Source: Gekko japonicus (lineage: Eukaryota). From it: 57,178 nt of DNA. Positions 47,940 through 57,178 of the stretch are shown one piece after another. The first letter of the stretch is position 1. Every line of letters starts with the position of its first letter. The stretch lies in NCBI RefSeq assembly GCF_001447785.1, contig NW_015170896.1, positions 108,575 to 165,752 of the forward strand. Direction: 5' to 3'. The notes under the pieces were generated by a model that did no database searches, was not told where the DNA came from, and saw only the letters and a list, made by a program, of their open reading frames with translations. Both the position numbers and the translations under genes were made by a program.

Positions 47940-49843
47940 TGAACCTTCTGCACCCAAGCACTGAAAGCTCGCTCTGCATCATAGTGTTCAGGCTTTGAGG
48001 GTTTCTCTGTGCATTTATGTTATTTCTGTAATGAGGACCAGGAACTTTTTTTCTTTTCTTTTTCAAAAAAGGAAGATGAAAAGAGCCAAATTCTTTGCAA
48101 TACTGTTTCAGGTTTGGGGAGGGAGTAACCCTTTGAGCAGTGTGTTTTATTACAGGTTAGTAAGCCTGGATGGTTATCACAATAATCAGTTCTAATTAGG
48201 ATTACCATTAAAATATGTTAGAGTAAGGGGAAGAAAACCCTTTTAAGCCACACTTTAGTCATCTCAGGTACACAAATAGAGCAGGGTAATATTTGATTTC
48301 TTGTTTACTGCAGGAATTAACACTGGAAATGTCCTTATAGTTTATAATTTTCTCTTTTATTACTGCCAGTGCAGCGTTTGATCCGATTTTTAGTACTGTT
48401 GGAAGATTCACTAGAGGATTTTACGGGACCTAACGTCTCCTGAATCCCCCGCTTCTTAATCTGTAGTTATATTCTAACCTAGGTGAGAGCTGATCTTAGG
48501 TTTGCCCATCTCACTGCTGAAGGGTGTAGGGGAATATATGATCTCCCCAAACAAGAATCCACAACAGTGTGGCTTGTGTGTTGTGTAACTGCTGGTCTAG
48601 CATCTGTCAGGAGCTGATCTTAGCAGCAGGCAAGCTCTTGAACAGGGACAAGGTTGCGTATGTCACAGCAGGGGAACAGGAAAGCTGCAGCAAATGAAAG
48701 CCAGCGAGGTATTTACTTCCACCGAGGACAGATGTTGGAGGTGTCACACAGCAGGGGAAATCAGCAAGAACCAGGCAAGGAGCAGGTCCAGAGAGCTCCA
48801 GGGAGGAATGGCTTCTACACTTTCCTCTTGTCATTAGGCCTAAGTCTCGATAGTTGCATTTCTGGGCCATGGATGTCTGAGAGAGAAATTTGTTTTCAGA
48901 TGTTGGTGTGATGGGAGCTGTTGGCATGATGGGACGCAGGTTTCTGAGCAGCACAGGGGTCTTTGTTGGGCAGAATCAACCCGTCTCTGAATCTCCGTGT
49001 TAAATCCGGCTTCTGTAAAGATGAGAATGATGCAGGTAGTCCATAGCCAGTGAAGGTAGTCGCTTAGGTGTTCAGCCCAGCAAATAACTCTGACTGTAAG
49101 TGTTTAGGAGTGAGGCAGAATCTTTTGAATCCTTCTAGCCTGTTAATGTGCAGAGACTTCTTTTGTCAGACAGCTGCTGTCCCTGCAGTTTTTCCCCTGT
49201 TATCCCCAGCTGGGTAGTGGAACTGACTCTCTGTTACCTGAAATCCTTCGGCTGCCAGTTCGAGATATGCCACGGCTTTGATTTCTGATATCCAGGGGAA
49301 GGCTGCAGAAGGAGACTCATTCTTTTAGCTCATTTTATTTATTTTTAAAGGGTTTTTACCTTGCCTTTGTATTAAAGTACAATTTTAAAAAGAAAAGAAA
49401 ACAACAACAGATCAGGTTGAAGCAAGAGAAGCGTAAGAGAGAGCCAGCAGTAAAGCACAATAAAATACTAAATTGCCAGGTTCAGACAGGGCCTAGGTAT
49501 CATTTCTCTGGATCCAATAGAAACTTGTAATGCCCTTCCCTTGTCAAGAAAATGCAACTCCATCCCATACATACAATGAAATAATTTTTTAGTTATTTCT
49601 GAAATCACATAAACAGGACTATTAAATTTTTTTTTTATCAGACCTTTCCTCTGTTTCATGGTAACTGGTTTGCAGTCTGCCTCACCACCTTGAAGCCCCA
49701 GTAAATGTTACTGTTCCCCCTCTCCGATCTTAGTCCCTGGACTCAGATGTTAAAAGCACAGTTAACAGGATGGATGTGGCCTGGTGCCTGGAAAAGATGA
49801 TTGGCTATGCCATCATGTGACTTCAAAGAGGGTGAGCATTCCA

Positions 49844-50088
49844 TAGGGATGCCAGCCTCCAGGTGGGACCTGCGGATCCCCCGGAATTACAGCTCACCTC
49901 CAGACTGTGGAGATCAGTTCCCCTGGAGAAAATGGATGCTTTGGAGGGAGGACTCTATGGCATTGTACCCCACTGAGGTCCCTGTCCTCCCCAGGTTCCA
50001 TCCCCAAATGTCCAGGAGTTTCCCCACCTGGATCTTACAACCTTACTTCCTTTCCCCCGCCAGTGGCCGGGGGGACATGGCAACCCTA
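49844..50088. mobile_element. hAT MITE family B copy
   Basis: TAGGGATGCCA...TGGCAACCCTA. Confidence 0.78.
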
Positions 50089-50926
50089 GGTTCCATAACT
50101 TGGGTGCCACTGCAGAAAAAGGCAATTTCTCTAATAATGTCTCACTTAACCTATGAAGACGAGATAGTCGGAATATGATCTCAATGGAGGGGAAAGTTCA
50201 TTTTGGTTGCAGCTTACTCACAAGATTCTTTAACAAAATACATTCACCAGTTGGAGGTTACATGCAGACACATTAACAATTACTCGTGAGGATTTGTTCA
50301 GCCTATGGTCTTTTGTATTGAGGAGTGTTGTACATTTTAATTCCTGGCTTCCGTCTGTCCCCTTTGCCTCTCCTCTAGCCTTCACCATGCAACATTAGTC
50401 CTCAGTTCCAGCCCCCTCCCCTTCCGCCTTGCATGTCCCAGTTTACCCCTACTCTAGCTTTAATAGAGCCTTCAAGCTTTCATCAGCATCGGTAGATAAA
50501 TCAACTAACGCTGTTGTTGATTAATCAGTGGAGGCCAATTTTAATCCACGAGAGCCAGTTTTAATGGGTATAGCTGAGAGATAACTGCACTCACATTTAT
50601 TTGTGTAGGTTGTTTTGGTTCTGGTGGGGTAATAGTGAATGAAACAAGATCCTGACCTTGGATCCCAAGCCTTGCTTCTGCGTGTGAAGATGGTCTTCTC
50701 CTGTGGAGTGTATTCCTCTGGCACTAAGTGCTTTCTGCTCTCTGAAATTTGGTCTTGCATGAGCAGAAACACCTAGCGCTGGAGAAATAGGCTCTGAAAT
50801 GGACAAAGTGGAGTGTAAGCAGAGGCAATGCGTCAGAGCCAAGCCTTTCTCACCTATCATGACTTGTAAGTTCTGTTCAGGTGAGGTGTGGGTTTCCTTT
50901 TCTCCATAATTGCTATAGCAGGACTG

Positions 50927-51822
50927 GTGGAAATCTAAATATACAAAAAAGGGCCACGGTGTTCTGTAGCTAGTACAGAAAAGAATGCCACCGGGTTAAG
51001 AATAAGATACCAAATATTTATAGTGGTTATCTAACATACTGTAATCTTTCCCAATATTATTCTTACAAAGATATACAATTCTTAAAGAGACGGTACAAGA
51101 CTCCAGAGGTAAGTATAAAGGTTGCTGAAGTCTGTTGTTGTTTTTTGTTCTTTTCTTCCAGATTCCTGAACAGATCCTCCAGCTTCCCAGGAACCAAAAA
51201 TGCTACTGGTGTGGACGTGTTTTTGCAAACTTCCTCAAAGTTGCATACGATACAAAAATGTCATATGGAACTATAGATTAAAATTAATATTAACAAAAAA
51301 TGAATTCAGAATACCTCAGTTGTAATATCCATATATATATTTACCCCAAGCCTTTTCTGACACTAATTCGCTCTCCACTAAATAAATTCTTTTGGAATTT
51401 TTATAAATTAATGTATGGTTTATATAATGGATGTTTTAAATGAGATGTTCTGACTTCATTTTTTAATAATTTTTTTTATTAATTTTATTTATAGTTTTAT
51501 ATCATTTTAATTTTACTTATAGTTCCATGTGACATTTTTGCATTACATGCGACTTCGAGGAAGTTTGTGAAAACGTGCCCACACCAGTAGCACATTTGGT
51601 CACTGGGAAGGTGGAGGATCTCTGCAAGAATCTGGAAGAAAAGTACAAAAATAATAAGAGACTTCAGCAACCTTTGTACTTACCTCTGGAGTGCTGTACT
51701 ATCCCTTTAAGAATTGTATATCTTTATAAGAATAATATCTGGAAAGATTAGGGAACGTTAGATAACCACTATAAATATTTGGTATCTTATTCTAAACCTG
51801 GTGGCATTCTTTTCTATGCTAG
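50927..51822. mobile_element. Palindromic insertion (~305-bp arms), probably Penelope-like
   Basis: Arms about 50970-51275 and 51517-51822; flanking repeat TGCTA(T/G)AGCAGGACTG. Confidence 0.65.
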
Positions 51823-51942
51823 AGCAGGACTGACGTCAGGGATCAGCATGGTTGCACACCCACACAGGCCCACAGCCTAAGCAGAGGACCCTCTTCAACT
51901 CAAGTGTGGACTGATCTCCTATTTCACAATGGGAGATTCACC

Positions 51943-52273
51943 TAGGGTTGCCAGGTGCCTTCCTCCTGCTGGCGGGGGGATTTGGGGGGGATTCCGGGAG
52001 TGGGTGGAGACATTGCCGATGCGCTGACATCACTTCTGGAAGTGCCATCAGTGACATTGGTGCAACACTCTACGTATTGGGCAAACTCTATGGTAAAAAA
52101 AGGCTACAAACCATAGAGTTTTGCCCAAAAAGTAGAGTGTCGCCCCCAACATCCCCGACGACACTTCTGGAAGTGACATCAGTGCCATTGCACGAGGACG
52201 TCTGTTTGAGGGTGGGATTTTCCCCACTGGCCTCCTGGCCAGCGGTGCACCAAAGCCCACAAAAGCAAACCTA
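51943..52273. mobile_element. hAT MITE with TAGGGTTGCC TIRs and a palindromic interior
   Basis: TSD GATTCACC/GATCCACC; internal CTCTATGGT...ACCATAGAG palindrome. Confidence 0.75.
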
Positions 52274-52541
52274 GATCCACCTGAAGCCAATTGAAGAGGG
52301 TAGAGTGCTAGAGGCACCTCTTCCAATCCCCCTGACACTACAGTGGTTCTTTCTTGCTCTTGTAAACCCACCAACACTGATGCAATCGCTCCCTGCTCCA
52401 CTGGCATTGCCTCAGTTGGAGAGAGAGAAGGAGGCTGTGATTTAGCTGGGATGGAGCGGCCTGTAGACACCTTGTGCTTAGGGTCCCTAAAACTCTGTAC
52501 CCATCCTTGATTAAAGGTTCAGAATTTTGGTCTTCCTTCAC

Positions 52542-52749
52542 TAGGGGTTGCCAACCTCTAGGAGGTGGCTGGAGATCTCCTGGAATTAAAGCAGGTCTCC
52601 AGATGACAGAGATCATCTCCCCTGGAGAAAATGGCTGGTTTGGAGAGTGGACTCTGTGGGATTATACCCTGCTGAGGACCCTCCCCTCCCCAAACTCCCA
52701 CTCTCCCCAGGCTCCATCCCCCCAAACCTCCAGGTATTTGGCAACCCTG
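52542..52749. mobile_element. hAT MITE family B copy
   Basis: TIRs; TSD TCCTTCAC/TCCTTCAT. Confidence 0.8.
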
Positions 52750-52977
52750 TCCTTCATAGTCGCGTGAAAGAGTGCTCCTTTGCTCCCGGTCACTTGAGAG
52801 AGCGAGCTAGGTATCATTTTCAGTTTGGCTCCAAGAACAAAAATGTTACTTTGCCCAACTGGCTTTGTGGTCCGTGCACTACAGAAACGCAGCCCCTTCT
52901 CTATTCCATTTCAGTGACTCTTTCTTTTCTTGGCCGTCCAAGCACTCATGTAGAAGCATCATGGAAGGACATATTTC

Positions 52978-53073
52978 GAGTCCAGTGGCACCTTTAAGAC
53001 CAACAAAAGTTTATTCAAGGTAAGCTCATACCTTGAATAAACTTTTGTTGGTCTTAAAGGTGCCACTGGACTC
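52978..53073. repeat. Perfect 45-bp hairpin from a Penelope-type terminal repeat
   Basis: 52978-53022 is the exact reverse complement of 53029-53073; loop AGCTCA. Confidence 0.85.
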
Positions 53074-54783
53074 TAAATTTGTTCTACTGCTTCAGACCAA
53101 CACGGCTGACCACCTGGACCTATCATCCTAGAAGAATGTCCCCTCCCCAGCCCTTTTGCCACTCTCAGCCTGCTCTCTGTGGTTTCCGATGTGCACTGCT
53201 GCATTCTGGGATATCACCTGGGAGCGCACGCGTGGGCAGAAATGTCCTTGGCAAAGAGCCACAGCAATCTTACCACCAGATTAAAAAGATGTCTGGAGAA
53301 GCAGGAATAAAGTGATGGTGTTATTGAAATACCACTTGGTAATTTATCACCTCATGGTCTCCTTATAAACACGACGCATGAAAAAAGCCAAACCTGAGGC
53401 CGCAACCTATTAACCATGCACTGTGGAGAGGCCGCATGTGCAAGTATATGGGATTCCTTCAGAGTAAGTTATTCAGGGGTGCCGAACAGGATAGGGAATG
53501 GAGCATAACTAGGATGGACTGTCAGGGTGAGGAGGCTGTTGCTTATAGGCAATCGCTCAGCAATCCAAATGTCTCAGACGGGGACGGGACCATCGGCTCG
53601 CACGCTGACTTATTAATTGGACTACAAAGACTATAGTGACACCCTGGAGGCTTCCTGGTTTTACTGCGGCCATAGCCCGTTTCATCAGATGTATCTAATG
53701 AAACAGGCCGGTGTTCTCTAAACCTCTTACCCTCTGGGAACCCCTTCCCCATTGACTTGTGGTTCTGCGATAGAACTCTCGTGTGGCAGATGATTCTGGG
53801 GCCTGTTTAAGTCAAGAGTATACCGTCAGCCGATGCACAAACCAGGAAGCCTCCAGACTGGCTCCTTCCCTCATCTGAACAGGGACCTTTTGGCAGGCGT
53901 CCTGATGTTCAGTTTACCGTCAAAAAGCAGCCATGGGGAAAGGGGAATGTGTGATTTGGATTGGGGCTGCAGCACTCCGGGGGGGGGGGATGACTCAGCA
54001 AGTCTTGGCTTGTGTTTTGGTGATTATACATGAAGTAAATTACCCTTTACCTTTTTACTTTAAATAAATAAACTCTTCACGGCACAGTCAAATCCCCCAC
54101 ACACACACACACTCACTATAAAACAAGTCCGGGAAAATGGACTGGCAGCCATATTGTGTCTTTCTTTTTCATCTTCTGTGTGTAAAAGCAGCTGGTGAGG
54201 TGGTTTTTCCACAGGGAAAGGGTGATTTTTTAAAAAAGAACACTTCAGTCCAAATTGGGGGGGGAGCCCTCAAACTGCTCTTTACCACCAAGTTTTCCGT
54301 TGCTAACTAAAAACTGGAGGCTGCTGCACCTGGAGATGTTAAATTTTTGGAAATCTTGAAGCTGTGGGGGAAAGGGCCCCCCCCAGCCTTCCATAGAGGG
54401 GAGCTCAATCCAAAACATGTTTTAGGGGGGGGGGGTATGCAAAGTGCTCCAAAGCAAGGTGTCCCCATTAGGCTTACGTTGATGAAGAATATGGTACTAG
54501 AGGTTGCTGTGCCCCAAAGTAAATGCCAACCCCACCCCCCCAATCATGCATCCCTGGGACAGAACCATTTAAATATCCATAATATTTATAGCTGGACTGA
54601 AGACTAAGGAACCAGGAACAGTAGATAGGGACCTGGAAACCTCCTTCACCCTCATCACAGCATCCTTTGAACATCTGCTGTTTGAGATTATCCCTGCTAC
54701 TCATCTGGGATTATGGATATGGGGGGGGACCCTGCTCATCTACATATGCTTATTAAGCCATTAGTATGCAAATTAAAAAAAAA

Positions 54784-55129
54784 GGATCTGCGGTGGCTCA
54801 AGTGGTTAAGACGCTGAACTGCAGGCTGTGCAAGGTCGGTAGTTCAGCAGTTCGAGCCCTGAGTGTGCCGCATGACGGAGTGAGCTCCCGTCTCTAGTTC
54901 CAGGTCCTGCCAACCTAGCAGTTCGAAAGCAAGAAATTGCAAGTAGACAAATAGGGACCACTTCGGTGGGAAGGTAACAGCGTTCCGTGCGCCTTGGGGT
55001 TTAGTCATGCCGGCCACAGGACCACGGAAACGTCTTCGGACAGCGCTGGCTCTTCGGAGATGAGCACCGCAACCCTAGAGTCGGATTCGACTGGCTTTCG
55101 AGCAAGGGAACCTCTACCTTTACCTTTAC
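54784..55129 (+). mobile_element. Sauria SINE, full length
   Basis: Near-identical to the 35445 copy; (ACCTTT)n tail; TSD-like TATGCAAAT-A-rich flanks. Confidence 0.88.
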
Positions 55130-55667
55130 TATGCAAATAAAAAGAGAGGAGATGATGATTTACATATATGAAAACAAATGGGAGGGAAGGCATGGTATAG
55201 CCCAGTCTTGTCAGAGCTAGGCAAGGTAGGGAGGTAGATGTGCTTATGTATAAATGTATGTATACACACACACTGTATCTGAGGCTGTCAAAGGCTGCTG
55301 CACATTTGCATTTAAACAGGTCTTCTTTTTTTTTCCCCCTGGGGGAACGTGCCAGGACAGAGTTCTGGAACCTCCTCCACAAAATTATTTTAAAGACGTT
55401 TAAAAGTTCATCAGTTTTCAGTGTACAGACTGAAAACTTCATTTCCCTCTTGAGAGTTCCGGCACCTCTTTCAGAAGAAAAAAAAAGCGCCCTGCATTTG
55501 AGTATTAGGTAATTAATTCTTAATGTGTCGTACATATGTAAGTGCTGTCAAGCTGCAGTTGATCTACGCCAACCCAGCCGAGGGGCCTTCAAGGCAAGTG
55601 AGAAACAGAGGTGGTTGGACATTGCCTTCTTCTGCAGACTCTTCGTTGGCGGTCTCCCTTCCAAGTA

Positions 55668-56053
55668 GTTTCAAGTTTAGTTTATTGTCTTAGCCATTGG
55701 CCATAACAACACAAAACAAATCGAAGCACAACAAACATTATACATCAATAACTTGCAGTAAGTCCTAGACCCAGTCTTGTCTTTTTTGCCGCCAGTGCAA
55801 ACCAAGCCATTCTGCTAGTAACACGTGCATCAATATCAGAGAGCAAGGAAACGGTCAAATCCTGCTCTGAGATTCCATTATACAGAGGTACAATAGGATA
55901 AATAAACCTTTGCCTAAGTGATTCGTGCCATTAACATCTCAGAATGTAATGCTCGACATCATCCACTTCACCCATACCACAGAGGCATATTCTAGAGGCG
56001 GCAGGGGCACCCAGAAAGCGGCCAATACAAACCGTTGAGAGTATGACCTGGAA
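55668..56053 (-). mobile_element. 5'-truncated non-LTR retrotransposon inside a 5S-headed SINE (about 55540-56110)
   Basis: TSD CCTTCCAAGTA (55657-67 / 56054-64). Minus strand reads, across a frameshift, RICLCG...EVDDVEHYILRC (CCHC-like RT C-terminus); AATAAA near the end. Confidence 0.7.
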
Positions 56054-56864
56054 CCTTCCAAGTACCCACCCTGCTTAGCTTCCAAGATCTGAGGAGATCA
56101 GGCTATACCATGCTGCCTCCCCTCGGTCCCAAATGCATATCTGTTGTTTTGTTTTGTTTTTAATGTTTTGCCACTCCCTTTGAGACTTAATTTGAGCCAT
56201 GGCACATCCACCTCAAAATCTGTTTTCAAAACCGCAATATATGATGAAGTAATACAAGAGTATCCTCGAGCAAATGCAGAGTGACCTTCCTTACCCACTA
56301 ATAGTCATAGTTTATCTCCATACATTTAGGATTAAGGCGCCGGGCTTGGCTCATGCTTCAGCACCTCTCTTTTTAGAAATTAAGCACCGGTATGCATCTT
56401 AATCCAAATATATGCAAATTAAAATGGGAAATTAGGCCACTGCTGTTTTGCATATGATTGTTAATCCCGACGTATGCAAAGGGAAATGTTTCTATTACCT
56501 AGCACTGGGGCCGAGCACAATTTTCTTTAAAAACCGAAAACAACCTTGATGTGGAAAAGGGAGGCAGGTCAAGCCCAGGCCTGGTAGGTTATCCGTTATG
56601 CTAAGGGTATCACGTCCTTCTAGGGGAGTGCCAGCCCAGCCTGCTGCTTGTACTGCTCTCCTAGCATATTCCCTGCAGCTCAGAATAGAATGACTATTTT
56701 CTCATCTGGGATGAGCGAAGAGCTGTGTTCCCAGCTGGTAGAAAATTTAGGACACTGGTGGCTTGGCTGGCTTGAGGACACTGCGGAATATCATTTGTGC
56801 CAGAGAAGATTTCTTTGGTAAGACAAGATGTGGGTGACAAGATGGAAGTGAAAGGAGGATTTTT

Positions 56865-56943
56865 TCCTTCCTTCCTTCCTTCCTTCCTTCCTTCCTTTCC
56901 TTCCTTTCCTTCCCTCCCTCCCTCCCTCCTTCCCTCCTTCCCT
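56865..56943. repeat. (TTCC)n/(TCCC)n simple repeat
   Basis: Direct reading. Confidence 0.9.
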
Positions 56944-56944
56944 C

Positions 56945-57178
56945 TGTCACGGCAGGACCAGGGGGCGTGACGCAAGTAAGCCAAAGTCCAGGAACAGTCC
57001 GAGGTCAAGCCGAGAAAATCAGGTAGCAAGGTTCAAGCAGGTTTAAATCACAGTCCAGAAGCAAGGTCAGACATACCAAGGTTTCAAGTCCATAAATCAC
57101 AATGATGCCAGAGGAGTCAGAGATGAACGAAGGTCAACGAAGCCGAGGGTCAAGAGCCGAGGGTCAAGCCGATAAGAA
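56945..57178. mobile_element. Probable LTR (Gypsy-like), truncated by the window end
   Basis: Starts TGTCACG and contains short tandem repeats (GCCGAGGGTCAA), typical of LTR ends; no coding region visible. Confidence 0.4.

Noticed and set aside
47517-47957. 146-aa ORF with an internal repeat
   Set aside because: By-product of the 223-bp tandem duplication; no coding features.
51109-51161. GTAAGT...TTCCAG mini-intron inside the palindrome arm
   Set aside because: 53 nt is below the usual vertebrate minimum, and it lies within a repeat.
51831-51838. Perfect CRE (TGACGTCA)
   Set aside because: A single 8-mer at a repeat junction, expected about once by chance in 57 kb.
53833-54033. ORF with KPG...SFPHLN, faintly like the mammalian Kv3.3 last exon
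   Set aside because: No phase-1 acceptor with a pyrimidine tract; similarity too weak.

Overview
Vertebrate genomic DNA, almost certainly from a squamate reptile and probably a gecko. This is inferred from Sauria SINE, 5S-headed SINE, Squam3-like SINE, BovB, CR1, L2 and Penelope-type repeats; the assembly is a draft with N-gaps. The only host protein-coding gene I can support is a + strand Shaw-family voltage-gated K+ channel, KCNC3 (Kv3.3). It has three phase-compatible coding exons (12856-13455, 32709-33642, 46032-46226; 1729 nt, about 576 aa). The terminal exon is not confidently identified and may lie beyond the window. The rest is 5' flank and intron, dense with transposable elements. 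The most notable observations are: (1) a family of ~205-bp hAT MITEs, including two copies in opposite orientation at one 8-bp target (TSD present three times) inside a 5S-derived SINE, and a 66-bp fold-back copy; (2) several long inverted repeats, some Penelope-like with decayed hammerhead motifs; (3) a strong intronic RE1/NRSE site and several RFX X-boxes; (4) a uORF and weak-Kozak arrangement at the inactivation-peptide start codon; (5) absence of the mammalian proline-rich C-terminal insert; (6) a cluster of 220-270-bp tandem duplications around exon 3. I found no convincing wholly new multi-gene system. The novelty is at the level of TE architecture and regulatory hypotheses. Family assignments come from recalled motifs, not database searches.
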